NCBI GenBank assembly: GCA_002633005.1
Contig: NMRA01000218.1
Coordinates: forward strand, 436,658-500,657
Length of the DNA stretch: 64,000 nucleotides
Source of the DNA: Phoronis australis
Lineage: Eukaryota; Animalia; Phoronida
Direction: 5' to 3'
A program made the position numbers and the translations under genes. The stretch's first letter is position 1, and each line of letters opens with the position of its first letter. Of the stretch, positions 39,212 through 53,784 are shown in pieces. A model generated the notes under the pieces. It searched no databases. It saw only the letters and a list, made by a program, of their open reading frames with translations, and was not told where the DNA came from.

Positions 39212-39612
39212 GGCCCGGTCTCCAATCTTTTTACTCGGAATGGAACTCGAAATTAGGTTTGACATTTTCTACTCTACTTTTGGGCGAAATCAAGATAAGT
39301 GTCTATTATTCTATGCTCGAGTACACAATAACTTACGTAGATAATTTATTGTCCTTAGTTCAAAATTTGTAAACCCAATATTAAAGCAATAAGTTCGAGT
39401 TTGATCTCGAAATTTCGAGTTTTTACTCGAGTTTGTAGCACGAATATAAGGGTCTTCAAGGGCAAACTTGAACTAGAAACTCCTATGCATAAACTATAAT
39501 GTATTCGAGCACAGTATGATAACCAATTATCTTAAGTTCACACAAAAGGAGCAGAGAAATTGCCAAAAATAGTTTCGAGTTCGTTTCGAGTACAAAGATT
39601 AGAGACCGGGCC
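39212..39612. mobile_element. PIF/Harbinger-like MITE
   Basis: TIR GGCCCGGTCTC(C/T)AATCTTT with a 3-bp CAG on both flanks. A related decayed copy lies near 57030-57370. Confidence 0.65.
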
Positions 39613-39711
39613 CAGATGCGAGACGATAGAGGTTGGACCATATAGGAGATCAAAACACTCTTTAAATTCGGTTTGTCACTCTGATACTCCCGAACCTTAT
39701 TATGTGCTTAC

Positions 39712-39894
39712 AGAAATCTCGAATGCTGGATTCACATGTCCTTTAGCGCTTTGAGATGTTTTTTCCTTCACTTTCTTCTTTTCTTGGTGACGCTTGAACT
39801 TGTTCATTTTGACTAACGACAACGATGCCAGGATGTACTCTATAAACGACATCATGATGAAGATCATACACGCGGCTATCCAAACGTCTATAGC
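39712..39894 (-). CDS. Exon of a Cys-loop ligand-gated anion-channel-like subunit (M3 helix and start of the cytoplasmic loop)
   Basis: The exon has a tttcag acceptor and GTAAG donor. AIDVWIAACMIFIMMSFIEY matches the glycine/GABA-A/GluCl M3 signature AIDVW...C..FVF..L.EY. No other exons were recognised. Confidence 0.7.
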
Positions 39895-42800
39895 CTGAAA
39901 CGAGATTGAAATTTCAGGTGAATAAGTTACGCACATACATATTGCGGGGTTTCTTGTTTTATTAAAGCCGACATAAACCATGTCATGGTTTTAAAAACCC
40001 GAACTTCGGACACAAGCATATTTACTCTTCCAGTGCAACGTCGTTGCGTAATTAATAGTTTGAATTGAAATCGGTTTCTTGCGAATTTTAAAATCGGTTC
40101 TCGTCTGAGAAACGAACACGCTGAGACCAACTGTACAGCGGCAAGTGGACTAAATGACAAGTTCGTTTCTTGGACGGAACGCTGGCTTAGCGCTTTAATA
40201 TTTTTGTGCGGTAATAGGCTCGTCTTTAAAAGCGCCACACTCATTCCAAAGTATTCACGCATTGTGGTAGGTGCATGTCCTGAGCAGCGTTCCGTTGACC
40301 AAAGATGCTAGCTTGCACTTGTGGCGAATCAATCGCCTTCCACTCGTGCGATTTTGCGTAGTGACGCGAGTCTGCTTCTTTACGTACGTGCATATCACGA
40401 TATTCACTATCTCAAGTAATTGTGTCATTCAGTATTGTAATGCAGGGGTCGTATTCTGACTTTATCTTTAGTTTATCCTTATCCTAATTTTGTCCTTGTG
40501 TATCTTTATTTCTTACTTAAAAGGATACTAATCCCTGTTTTGATGATTTCAACCAATCCTCGCTAATGCATCATTAGCGTCAAATTTGAAAGATAAAAAC
40601 AGGAAGTAACTAAAAATTCATGCTCCCTGTGTCACGTATTTGATATTACAGAATTTCTGTGTGATATTCCCCCACAGTTGCCTTGTAATTCGTTAAAAGC
40701 GTAAGTCAGGGAGCTTTGAATTTTNAGTTAGAATGGAGACCACTAATCAAGGTTTGAGATAACGTTAAGACCTGAAAAGTTTGCATATTGGTAAAAAATT
40801 GGAAGTATTTCACAGATTCTGAAATCTTCCGATACATTCATGAAGCAGTAACTGTAGTTGGTCACAAGAGTTTTCGTTCACTCAAGATTATTTTACATTT
40901 CATCATCACTTCCTGTTGACGTCCTTACTCATAATTGTTCTTGTACTCAGTCTTGCTTCATATTAAGTATACCTAGCTATTTTGTGTGGAGAGAGTAATT
41001 CTTCACTAATTTAGCACACAATATGGCCGACAAGTAAAATTCTATATTGTCAAATTTCTCCACTTAATAACGTTAAAATATTTTTAGTCCAATACTACCA
41101 CAGTTGGTACTGTGCAGATGTCACAAAAGAGCTTTGGAAAATTTTCCATTATTCGCAGTAAAGTAATCATGTGCCATGAAAAAAGTCAGCAATTTTGGCC
41201 ATTATTTTTGTGTGAAATTTGAAGTGGAGAATTACCCATTGCCAGTTTTCAAGTTTGCCTTTATATTTCCGATGTATTAAGTGTCCTGTTGTTCAGTTGT
41301 TAATGCTACTGATGCCCGGTTTCCTGAGCCACAACTCGGCCTGCTGAAGTAAAACCTAGAACAGCCCCTGCAATGAGAAAGTTGCATTTAAGGCAGTGTA
41401 CACTCATTCAATAGATTCTGAATCAAACTAAGTCATTTATTACTTATGCTGTTGAAAAAGATGCTTTATAATCCAATGTTTTATATAATCGTTATGTTGA
41501 GCTTTAAATGTCTGCGTCATTTACCTGTAGCATTTGATATAGTGCGTGCCTCTCTATCGCTCGACACATTGTTATCACTCTCCGTCTCATTTTGGTGTCG
41601 CAGCTCGGTCTGTGATTCAGCAGTTGTATTTGTCCCATGTCTGACTGAATCTGTTGATTGTTGCTGCTCTGTCTCTGAATTTGCAGTCACATTTTTCTCC
41701 ATGATGAAATACCTGTGATTTATAATTTCCATGGGTGTGAAATTGCTAAGTAGTCACTTTCGAAAAGTAAAATTCTAAATATGTTGTAACTGCCTGTGAT
41801 TCCTGAACTGGAGAGGAACTCAAGCCAATCTGTCCTACCTCTGTCATTCTTATGCCGGTATCGTCCAATTTAGGACTTGATATGGGCTACTAAACGCTTG
41901 GAAATACAAGTGGAAAGGTATAATACGAGTGTAAAGTTGACCTCACTCATTTCACTCGTACAGGTGCCATGCGCATGTCCTTACAGGTGCCATGCGCATG
42001 TCCGTATTTTTTTGTTCGAGACCAAATGTGGTGATACGAGTGCAAACATGCCGTCACTCGAATTTTCAAGCGGTTAATATTTTCTCTTGTGTCGAGCACT
42101 GCAAGGTGTACTTGTACCTGAGAGTGCAATCGTTTTCATCCATCTGACTAACAAATTGCAACCACCATTTTTGTAAGTCCAGCTTAGTAGAATCATTTGT
42201 GATGTCGATTGTATTGTTCATATACTGTATAAAATGATAGTTAAAATCCCACGAATTGAGGACACAATTTGGTGGACTACTAGTAGGGAAGTTTGTAGTT
42301 TCGGTGATAATCGGCCTGAAGTTCTTAACCTAAACAGCAAGTCTTTGCAGTTGCCAAATATTATGAAACTAAAATTTATCAATTCTATTTAATACAATGT
42401 AAAAATCTGATTAGCAATGAATGCATGATATAAAAAGTGACATATGTAATATTAGATGTTAGAATGTAACTTACTTGAAAGATAATCCTCAGAAGTGATA
42501 GGCCATTAGCATACAAACTGAAACACTGAGTGTGTGTAACAATAGAGATTGTGTTATTAATGCAATATCCGGTTTGCACACTAATGCCATCTATCAGTAC
42601 TCAAGTTGCCATCTATCAGTACTCAAGTGCCGTCTAGCGGTACTGAGATATGCACCTGGAAACTGGGCATGGCAGGTTACTTGAAAGTCCCTGTTTATTG
42701 TATGGCAGGTCATGTCATAGGTCAAAGGGTCATAGTGGTGGGTGTTTCCTAGCGATGTGAGTGTGTGTTGTGTTTATTCATTGTGAATGGGAGGTCACAT

Positions 42801-43564
42801 TATCTTAGCTCTAGAAGGCAGTAGTGCATTTATATGCTGTTTTGAAAGTGTGTCACTTCTGTGCTGGTGTTGATTATGGGCAAGGTGTAATGAAAAGTTG
42901 GAAAATATGAATGAAAACTGCTTGTAACTATCAATTTAGAATTAATTTCATGTACACCTACCCCAGTTTCAATATGTTAGCTTGATTCTAGTAGTGGATC
43001 TATGATGAAAATTAGTTTTAAATAAGCAAAGCTTGTCCAAAAGTACCATTAGAGTTAGCAACCCATTTTGACCTGATGTTCTCTAGTTGCAGATTGTGCA
43101 TTTGTGTTGTAGATAATAGAACTCTAAACATAGAATGCCAACTCCCATTCCGTTCTTGTGTTGGACCAAGTGACCCCGAGATTTCACTGGACTGGCTGTG
43201 TGATTTTGTACTGCGAATTCCAGTTGACTGCTTGACTGAGTTCTGATTGAGTGATGTAGCCTAATTTCATTGCTTCATTTTCATTTTGTCATTTTTGTTC
43301 GTTATGGAATCACCTGGCGAGACTCTTGATCTACGACTTCAGACAACCAGGGATTTCCGGGCAAAATTAGTCAACAAATCCCTCAATTACACTGGTCGTT
43401 CTTCATGAATGCACTGACGTTCTTGGTTGTTAAAAATCATGTAACAGTATTTTAGGAAAGAAGTGACGTTTGGTTTTTGTACATTTGTTCTGCTGCAGTT
43501 GTAAATGAGAAGTTTAGGCATGCACTAATAGACCTATGTGTATTTATTTGTGTACTAGGTAGCT

Positions 43565-43920
43565 GTGTGTGTTTATATTACGTACGTACATGTATGTGTG
43601 TGTGTATGTGTGTGTGTGCGCGCGTATGTGTGTGTGCACGCGTATGTGTGCGTGCGTGTATGTGTATGGGCGGGTGAGCAGACAGGCGAGCATGTGTTCG
43701 TACGTGTCACTGTGTGTATAGTTACCATGTATATATTATTGTTTTCTATTGCTTGTATAATAATTNGTGTGTGTGTATGTGTGTGTGCGCGTGCGTATGT
43801 GTGTGTGTGCGCGTATGTGTGTGGGCGGGTGAGCAGACAGGCGGGCATGTGTTCGTATGTGTCACTGTGTGTATAGTTACCATGTATATATTATTGTTTT
43901 CTATTGCTTGTATAATAATT
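43565..43920. repeat. (TG)n-rich microsatellite region, duplicated across an N
   Basis: TG/CG dinucleotide runs. About 43590-43765 is repeated at 43767-43920. Confidence 0.9.
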
Positions 43921-44568
43921 TGTGTAATGTTTACCTTTTGCCAATATAATGTTAATTTGATTTCTGAGCAGTAATGTTATCTGTAGTATTTGTCTATAAC
44001 CACGAAATAGGGTTTTAAAAAATCAAAAAGTTAACCTTGAAAAAGAATCAAATCCAATAATTTGTGTCTCCAACAGTGTTTATTATACTTTCCAACTGTC
44101 GCTCTCATGTCGGGCTGTCCTGCTTTTACTTGGTGAAACGAAATTAGTGGTTTGATTTTTCATGAAATTTGTTACTTGGAGAAATAAAAATTTTTCCAAG
44201 TAACAAATTTTAGGATAAATTGGAGAAATGAAATGAAATTTCTCCAAGTCCTTTATGTTTCTTCGCCAGCAAGTTTGCTTGTTTGTTGATGTCAGAGCAA
44301 TATTCTTGGCGAAGTTTTTTCGCCAAGTATGTCACTCAAGTTTTTGTGTTCGCACTCTAGAGGTCTCGGTATTATTTAATTCAAACAAAATTCACACACA
44401 ACCTCTAGTTTCGAACTACCTTGAAGCCTCTTACTTTTCATTATGGTAGGATTCAAGATGGGGGACGTGGTGGCCATTTCATTTTCCTATTCATATTCAA
44501 TTGCTCATAGAGGCCAGAATTTGTTACGCCCACGGCTGAAAATCAGTAAGGTTATTGTAGCAGACTGT

Positions 44569-44627
44569 ACTGCAGACATGTACTGCAGACGTGTACTGCA
44601 GACGTGTACTGCAGACGTGTACTGCAG
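44569..44627. repeat. 13-bp tandem repeat (GCAGACGTGTACT), about 4 copies
   Basis: Directly visible. A second copy lies at about 45569-45627 in the duplicated block. Confidence 0.9.
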
Positions 44628-45802
44628 ATATGCCACAAATCATTCACTTATGGTCAGAGATGGCTTGAATATCGGCCATTGCATTTGGGCTCCTTCATTT
44701 CAGGACGAAAATATTTTGTCCTGTAGAGGATGCATTTTTAAACTCCCAGGGCTCGACATAACGAGCTGTAGGTCGCATTTGCCACCTGAAATTTGGAAAT
44801 GCGAGCTGAGATTTTTGTCAGCTCGTATCAAGTCGCAAAATGCGACCTGGAATTTCCAACGAATGCGAGCTGAGTTTTTGCACTTCTCAACAGATACCTG
44901 GCAAATACCAAGCAGCTCTTGTCAATTCGACCGTTATTTGCATGGTTGTTGCCAAATCCAAGTTCAAAAGAACACTAACCGAGAACAGCCCTCCCGATGA
45001 CTTGTATTATGTAAGCAAGTCGCGTGAACATGGGATATGCAGAATCGATCTTTGACGCGTTTCATTGGCTAACACTTTCGGCCACTTTTGTAAATTCCCG
45101 GATTCGCCGAAGAAAGTTTCGGGCCACTGCTTAACACGAGATAAAACTTCGCAAAACAACGGTGTTTCTAATAATTCTTAAGCGATCAACTTACCAAACT
45201 TTGTGGTGGACAAAAATTTTATTTTTCACATAAGATGTCCTTATTACNATGAAATTTCTCCAAGTCCTTTATGTTTCTTCACCAGCAAGTTTGCTTGTTT
45301 GTTGATGTCAGAGCAATATTCTTGGCGAAGTTTTTTCGCCAAGGATGTCAAGTTTTTTTGTTCCCACTCTAGAGGTCTCGGCATTATTTAATTCAAACAA
45401 AATTCACACACAACCTCTAGTTTCGAACTACCTTGAAGCCTCTTACTTTTCATTATGGTAGGATTGAAGATGGGACATAATGGCCATTTCATTTTCCTAT
45501 TCATATTCAACTGCTCATAGAGGCCAGAATTTTTGACGCCCATGGCTGAAAATCATTAGGGTTATTGTAGCAGACGTGTACTGCAGACGTGTACTGCAGA
45601 CGTGTACTGCAGACGTGTACTGCAGATATGCCACAAATCATTCACTTATGGTCAGAGATGGCTTGAATAACGGCCATTGCATTTGGGCGCCTCCATTTCA
45701 GGACGAAAATATTATGTCCTGTAGATGATGCATTTTTAAACTCCAGTGGCTTCGAAAGTTTTCATGTGTTCGTTTCCTGTGAGCAGCCATTATCAAGTGC
45801 TA

Positions 45803-48800
45803 CTTACAGCACACATCACGAATTTTTGTCCGACCGGTCGGAAATTGGTCGACGACCGGCCATCGACCGGTTGGCAAATTAGCGTTGCAAAAATTGCTTT
45901 TCTACAATTATTCTAATGTTAAAATCGTGGTGTGATCTTTTGCGTCGACTTTCGGCGCAATGAAATATTGTGTCACCTATTAGCCAGTTTCTTTTTCCCA
46001 GATTCAATCAAACGTTCTCCCTTGAGATTGCGTAAACGTCACAACAAATGATCAGAATTGGTTTCATTTCATTTTATGTTCTTGGAATTTGATATCAGTA
46101 AACCGAATTTTAGAACAAATTTTGCTGCGATGTTATCATCATCTAATGGGAGATGTCGAAAAAATTCTGGAAGTGGCGCGCGTCACGAATGTACTACTTT
46201 CAATACGACGACATACATTTTTTTGTTACCAATGTAGAGAATTTCGCAAGAAAATGATGTCGGATATTTTTTGCTTAAACGGCCATAACAGGCATTGTGA
46301 ATGTCAAGTGAGTTCCAGATTTTGCATGCACACCCGCTGGTCTTTTGCTCATGTTGATACAAGCTTCACGACGAGGTGACGAGCGTAACTATTCGGGCTG
46401 TGTGCAATTTCGAGGTCTGTCGCAGCTCAATACACAGTAACACCTTGCTGTATTTTGACAATAGTCTTCATACAGCGAGCTGGCTAAATAGAAAGGCTCT
46501 AGCTTCGAAACAATTTTTTTACTCCGAAAGTGACAACAAATTCAGAATGATGATGGATCATGGATGACACTATAGCCGATCACATTCCTTCTGTTTTCAT
46601 GCGCCCATGATCTTAATCTCTGCACTATGTTAAAACCGTTGTTTATGTTGTTCTTAAAATAAACTTTTGTTATACTGCTGTACCAAGATATTAAGAAATT
46701 ATACAAAAATAAACAATAATTATCTGTGGTAAAGCGTATTATACAGCGTGATGAAGTGATGATCAAGAGCAATGCGTGCTGCTTGATGAGCATTTTGCTG
46801 CATGAAAACACTTGAGATCGTAAAACAGCAAGTGTTGTATTCTGATTTTTGATTTTACCACGTCAGTCAGTAATTCAACATAAAGTTTAGGTTGGTGTAT
46901 TTGTAGGTTGATTCGATATTACCACCTTTCAATAGTTGAACAAAAGTTGATAAACCGATGTCAAGACCGGAGTTGCTGCTGGTGAACGAACAGTGAACAG
47001 TTAAATGTTTGTTTGGCCTACGTTCACCGCTAAGTCATCAACAGTAATTGCCGNTATTTTGTATTATTGCATGATACTTAATAAACACAGGCAATTTTGG
47101 TTGATCATCAAAGATTTTAAAATGAATTCACATCAACCTTTTCGAACATAGAAAATAAATCTGAAACTAAATAAGGCGATCCAGATCCTCCCAAGGATAC
47201 TATTGTTTCACGAAATGTAGAATATAAATAGGTAAATAAAACAACAAGAATGGATCAACTGAAATTTGAAATTTTCGGATGTAACAACTTCCTTTGTCAA
47301 CAGAAACAGAAACAGAAATAAAGTAAAATCAAACACTATATGACAATTGACATATAAGATATGGTGTCATGAATATGATACATTTTTGCGTAAAAAATTG
47401 AATGACATATTTTAAGAAGTTTTTGTGTTCAATCCATGAGGTTCTATTGTATTGAGCTTGTCTATCCAATATTGTTCTCTTTTGAGTCTGTGAGGGGTAC
47501 CTTTTCCATGAATTCATGCGAATGGTATGCAATGTGATAGATAAGAATTCATTCTAACTGTTGATTTAATTTTCCATCCACGGTTTGTCATCATTTGGAA
47601 TAATTTGTGGTGTCTTGTTATCTCTGAGCTGAATGATCAAAAGAGGTTTCCATTTATAAAGTTATGAATGATGGTCATTTGACATCGATCATTTGTCATC
47701 AACTCCGTATGAAGTCAAGTTTGCCATACCTTAACATTGCAGCCGTGGTGGGTGCATTTCAACACTTTAATGGTGTAAGTTTTAAATACTTGGAAATACC
47801 TTCTTGCACGGTTACTTAATTGCTCTAGACCAAGTGGCTAATCATGATTTCTGTTCTTTGCGTTTTTTCTCCATGTTAAACGCACTTTAATTCTCCAGTA
47901 CGTCATTACAGTGGGATGTCCCGTGTCTATTGAGTTTAAAACATTTTATTAATTTTCATACTTACTTCGAAGTGTAAGGTACTGAGTTGATGGTTGTCTG
48001 TTGATTAGCGTAGTGTAATGATACCTAATCACCAGGAGTGGCTGGGAGTTCAGAAAGCGCTCCAAGAGTGTTTTTTGTTATTACCTCTGCCATTATGATA
48101 GCAACTCATGCAATCAACGTGGTTTGATTTGTAATTTAGGTACCTTCAAGTTGAGTGGGACNGTGAATGTCAAGTGAGTTCCAGATTTTGCATGCACACC
48201 CGCCGGTCTTTAGCTCATGTTGATACAAGCTTCACGACGAGGTGACGAGCGTAACTATTCGGGCTGTGTGCAATTTCGAGGTCTGTCGCAGCTCAATACA
48301 TAGTGACACCTTGCTGTATTTTGACTATAGTCTTCATACAGCGAGCTGGCTAGATAGGAAGGCTCTAGCTTCTTTACTCCGAAAGTGACGACAAATTCAG
48401 AATGATGATAGATCATGGATGACACTATAACCGATCACATTCCGTCTGTTTTCATGCGCCCATGATCTTAATCTCTGCACTATGTTAAAACCATTGTTTA
48501 TGTTGTTCTTAAAATAAACTTTTGTTATACTGCTGTACCAAGATATTAAGAAATTATACAAAAATAAACAATAATTATCTGGTAAAGCGTATTATACAGC
48601 GTGATGAAGTGATGATCAAGAGCAATGCGTGCTGCTTGATGAGCATTCCGCTGCATGAAAACACTTGAGGTCGTAAAACAGCCAGCGTTTTATTCTGATT
48701 TTTGTGCAATTTTACTGTAAAATTTCAAATTTCTTGCTTGTTTTTATGCATAATGTACTGTATAAAAAGTCTCATACTAAGAGACAGAAATTATGCTTCC

Positions 48801-49243
48801 GCGATATCACTTAACGCTTGATTTTACCACGCCGTCAGTAATTCAACATAAAGTTTACGTTGGTGTAATGCCACGCACTTCGTATTTGTAGGTTGATTCG
48901 ATTTTACCACCTTTTTATAGTTGAACAAAAGTTGATAAACCGATGTCAAGACCGGAGTTGCCACTGGTGAATGAACAGCGAACAGTTAAATGTTTGTTTG
49001 GCCTAAGTTCACCCGCTAAGTCATAAAATAGTAATTGCCGACCAAGGACACGCTTAATCCAAATTGGTCATCTACGCTAGGCGACCATTTAGCCGACCCA
49101 ACTGCCGACCACAGAGGCGACTCAGCAGATGGCTCCTAGCCGACCGTTGTTGGTCGGCTGCTGGTCGACTAGACGACTGGTCGATGGCTGGTCGTCGACC
49201 AATTTCCGACCGGTCGGACAAAAATTCGTGATGTGTGCTGTAA
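45803..49243. mobile_element. Non-autonomous TIR element with about 70-bp inverted ends
   Basis: CTTACAGCACACATCACGAATTTTTGTCCGACCGGTCGGAAATTGGTCGACGACC at 45803 has its reverse complement ending at 49243. The interior contains Ns and duplications, so its true length is uncertain. Confidence 0.65.
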
Positions 49244-49508
49244 GCAGAAATTGTTTTCAAAATGGCGGATCTGGCACATTTTCATTAATTTTCCATTATG
49301 CTGGGATTTTGTTTTGAACAGGAGGAGCAAATGATGTGAATTTGTGCAAGTCGATTCTTTAAAACCCTACTCCTGCTAACCCCTGGCCTGTCCGGTTACA
49401 ACATTCCAGTCTGTCTGGCATTCACCTAAGTAGGTCAAACTCAATTAAAAAATAATGGCCAATCAGATAATTTAAACGGGCCTAGTTAGGCTGGGTTGCT
49501 TCAGACAA

Positions 49509-50170
49509 GGGTGACACTGAATAGTTAGGCTGCGGCCGAGGCCAATTTGCACTGCCAAAATATAGAAATTTTGGGGTAGGCCAAGTTTGGGGGCATTTTG
49601 TAGGTGGGCATTGCACGTAGGCTCAGTGAATGTGGTTTGTTTGTATTTGAGAACATGCTGTGAATAAAAAAAGGCCACTTTCTTGGCTGTAGCTGCACTC
49701 TTCTTCAAGATGGCGGCTCCCGACTGCAATTGTGCATTGTTGGGTAGCGACCGAGAAATTAGCTGTGATTTTAGGTAGCCCTCAAACAAGCAAGAATTCC
49801 CAAAAAACTAGTTGGTTGACAGTACTTTTGGACCACATTTTCGGAATCGATAGGAAATTTGCTTTCAGACTCTAATGTTGGTTTTAGTCGTGCATCGGTA
49901 GGGAAGTGGTGTTTTTCGGGTGAAAAGTGTCGATTTTGCATTTATTTGCCCTTATTTTTCTTGGTCTAGCTTGGTTTTCAGTGGGAATGAAATGGTCAAA
50001 AATACAAGAAAGAATAAAGTTTCTGTGCTCATCTGCTGGGCTTTTTATGTGAAATAATTGAAAACATGCCATTCTTTGCATCCTGTTTTTGACAGAGTGA
50101 AGAAAAGGTTGCAAATCAAGTGATGTGTGTTTTGCTAGGCAAAACCCAGTGAGAACTGTTCTGTGCCCCC
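49509..50170. mobile_element. Uninterrupted copy of the Kolobok-like element at 6363-9612
   Basis: Colinear similarity to 6363-6834 joined to 9426-9612. Confidence 0.8.
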
Positions 50171-52064
50171 AAGGCATAAGGTCCTGAGTATTCATGAAAG
50201 ACTGTTTGTGATTGGCTAATTGACCAATATTGGTCTAGGATTCCATGGGATTTTCCAGTCTTCCTGTACACTGGTAACTTATCTTGATTTACCTGTTGTT
50301 CTTAGGCCTCTTGTTTGAAATGGACTTGATAATGAATTCAGAACTCTTCTACCCTTGTTTTAATTGACTTATAGTCATATGTTTTGGTTATTTGTGTTTA
50401 TTTGCATGAGATGAGAATATTGAAAACTGTTGTAATACAATAGTGTTGTATTTCACACCATTACCCGTGTTCCATTGGTCATCAGCAGCATATATCATAG
50501 TTATCTTCCAGATTAATATGATAGAGTGAAGCTGATTTTATGAGCTTCACACTGATGTATAATACATGGTATATAAATCAAACTGGTTTGTTAAATTTTT
50601 GATTAAAACAATTGAGTGTGTTAATATTGAGCTTGTCCTAAAAATAGCCAACCAGCTGGTCTGGACACTGGTTACAGTGTAAAGCACTACAAGGGTTTTA
50701 AGCTATAATTTTTCATATGAACACGAACAGTTTTTTTCTCAGACTTGCCATTTTTGAGTTACATGACTTTCAATTTCAAAAATTAAAACTTTAAAATTTT
50801 TTGAAGTTCTTTTTTAATTATGTGAAACTACTCTCACTGTTAAATTGCTTTGAAGTGGTTTTCAGAAGATGTTTTCCATTTTTCGCTACGATGTCTGACA
50901 CTTTTTAATTATTTGGATTATCTAATGACACTGTTACTTTGTTGACTGAGTTTTGCTGCACTTTTTTGGTTTACCTTCTATTGAACAAGACTATTTCTTA
51001 CTCATTTCTGACGTGTTCAATGGTCATTTGATTGTTATCGCTATTGTGCGGCTTCTCCGGGCTTCTGTCATTATTAACTTTTTCCATTTTTGGTGTCTGT
51101 CTCTCTCTTCCTGCCAAACTTTTCCAAGGGTCATCATGAAATTTTACAGAAATATTCGTATTGAGTTGATAATGGCTGATGTATATTTTTCGGACAAGTC
51201 CAACTATTGTGTCACTCTCTTGGAGCTAATTTGTTTTTTGCCTTTGCCTCAGTTTCTACCATCTTCTTTAATGTAAGTTCATGAAATTTGGCTAATAAGT
51301 TTCCATCAAGGAGTCGACATCACTTGCTGTCTTTCAGGCGTATTTTACTTACCAGTATGTTGCTCCCCCTAGTGGCCTGTTATTTTGTATTATTGCATGA
51401 TACTTAATAAACACAGGCAATTTTGGTTGATCATCAAAGATTTTAAAATGAATTCACGTCAACCTTTTCCATGAATTCATGCGAATGGTATGATGCAATG
51501 TGATGGATAAGAATAAATACTAACTGTTGATTTAATTTTCCATCCACGGTTTGTCATCATTTGGAATAAATTGTGATGTCTTCTTATCACTGAAATGAAT
51601 GATCAAAAGAGGTTTCCATTTATAAAGTTATGAATGATGGTCATTTGACATCGATCATTTGTCATCAACACCGTATGAAGTGAAGTTTGCCATACCTTAA
51701 CATTGCAGCCGTGGTGGGTGCATTTCAACACTTTAATGGTGTAATTGCTCTAGGCCAAGTGGCTAATCATGATTTCTGTTCTTTGCGTTTTGTCTCCATG
51801 TTAAATGCACTTTAATTCTCCAGTACGTCCTTACAGTGGGATGTCCCGTGTCTATTGAGTTGAAAACATTTTATTAATTTTCGTACTTACTTCGAAGTGT
51901 AAGATAGTGAGTTCATGGTTGTGTGTTGACTAGCATAGTGTAATGATGCCTAATCACCAGGAGTGGCTGGGAGTTCAGAAAGCGCTCCAAGAGTGTTTTT
52001 TGTTATTACCTCTGCCATTATGATAGCAACTCATGCAATCAAAGTGGTTTGATTTGTAATTTAG

Positions 52065-52215
52065 GTACCTTCAAGTTGAGTGGGACACGCGCAAAAAGAC
52101 TCCACGCACAATTAACAAGGATACCATGAAGGGCGGTAACCCCAAATGTCCTCAACAAGACAACTACAGCGACTGTGGTGTTTTTATATGCCAGTATGTG
52201 GAGAGCTTCTTTATG
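52065..52215 (+). CDS. Sentrin-specific protease SENP6/7-like, penultimate exon (catalytic Cys)
   Basis: ttag acceptor and GTGAG donor. YLQVEW...[24 protein letters not shown] matches the SENP6/7 motif PQQxNxSDCGxYxLQYVESFF. Upstream exons were not found. Confidence 0.85.
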
Positions 52216-52599
52216 GTGAGTCAGATTTTTGGCTCTACTTATAATTTGCTTATTTACTTAGTTCAAAATAAATCAAGTGCTTCGTCAATTGAAACGTTTC
52301 CACTAAAATTATGCTTCGAAACTTTTTTCTTAAGGTGATATATATTTATTCAGGAATACACCTTAGGTTTTGAAAATGATGCATACTGCTCTTAATCACA
52401 ACGCAGAGCATGGTTTGTTCGCGTGCCTTGTTATATTTATTTCTCAAATGCATTGTTTTTCAAACCTAAAAAAAGGCTCCATTTAAAACGGCAACTGCGT
52501 GTATAGAGTCTATACACTGAAAATGAGAGTCAACTAAATAATGACAAACCCAGAAATCACGAAGCATTATATCCGAGTTGTAGACAGTAAATAGATGAA

Positions 52600-53112
52600 A
52601 GTATGTTTATAAGCAAACTCAACTTACTCAGAGACCGGGGACTTAGGAGTTCGAACATTTCGAACTGTGCTCTACAGTTCTTTGTCAACGAATGGTAGCG
52701 GGGCGTCCTGGTTTGCGGTCCTTCTTTTCTCTGGAAGTAGTATAGCGTCATAGATTGGCGTAAGTTGCAAACCTTGATCACATTTCATGGTGGGCTTGTT
52801 AGTTTTGATGTATATGGATTGTCTTGGCATGTTTGCCAGTGTGGCAAGATACTGGCTAAAGTGGAAAACTGGTTTTCTAGAAAGATCAAAGAATCCATAT
52901 ACATCAAAACTAACAAGCCCACCATGAACCGTGATTAAGGTTTGCAACTTCCACCCTTCTATGACGCTATACTACTTCTGGAGAACAGAAGTATCGGAAA
53001 CCAAGACGCCCCCCCCCTACCATTTGTTGACAAAGAACTATAGAGTACAAATCGAAACGTTCAAACTTCTAAATCCCTGGTCTCTAAGTAAATTGATTTT
53101 ACTTATAAACAC
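52600..53112. mobile_element. Penelope-like element 3' ends in inverted orientation
   Basis: The plus strand from ~52864 reads ENWFSRKIKESIYIKTNKPTMNRD*GLQLPPFYDAIL, the Penelope GIY-YIG C-terminal signature. An inverted copy lies at 52600-52822. Confidence 0.8.
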
Positions 53113-53640
53113 ACCTTCACCGAGACCATGAAAAACCTTTTTTCAATAGATGAAAGTAGTGTATAAAGAACTATATAAATAGTATCTAGTATAAGTATTC
53201 TAATATTTAGATGTGCTAATCATAAACATATAAAAAACAAACTTCAGGAAATGTTATCTCAGAAATGACTGATCACCAGGCACCAAAAGGTTTTGGTGCC
53301 CTTGAGGTCATTTTCAAGGTCACAGCCAGAAAATCAAGTTTTGACTTTGGCGTATTTTAAGAACAAAGATTTGGATTTTGTTCCTATTTTGTACCAAAGC
53401 ATTTGTGGGACAATTGTAGTCGCTGGTCAGTTCTAGTGTCCTTGACCTCATTTCCAATGTCTCGGTCAGAAATTTAAATGCTCTACTGGGCGAATGCTTT
53501 TGACCTATGTATCTAATATGATTTTGATTTTGGTCAGCATTAATCACTCAACTTTATTTTTGTCTAAATAACTGATCCCCGCTAAAGACATGCCTTGTGA
53601 TTTTAAACATGTCATTTTAACGTGACGTCAACTTTTTCAG

Positions 53641-53784
53641 ACTCCAATAAAGGACTTTTCAATACCCATGAAATGCACAAATGATTGGTTCTCTGTTGAC
53701 GTGATCAAGGGAAAGCGAAAAGAAATCAAGAGCATACTCCAAAAACTACACAAGGGATCCCAACAAAGAGATGGATCATCATAA
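53641..53784 (+). CDS. SENP6/7-like terminal exon
   Basis: ttttcag acceptor in phase 0 with the previous exon. TPIKDFSIPM...DWFSVDVIKGKRKEIKSILQKLH...* resembles the SENP6/7 C-terminus (PI.F.LP...WF....KR..I..LI.KL). Confidence 0.85.
   Translation, partial: TPIKDFSIPMKCTNDWFSVDVIKGKRKEIKSILQKLHKGSQQRDGSS

Noticed and set aside
43477-43974. Cys/Val- and His/Thr-rich ORFs
   Set aside because: Translations of a TG microsatellite.
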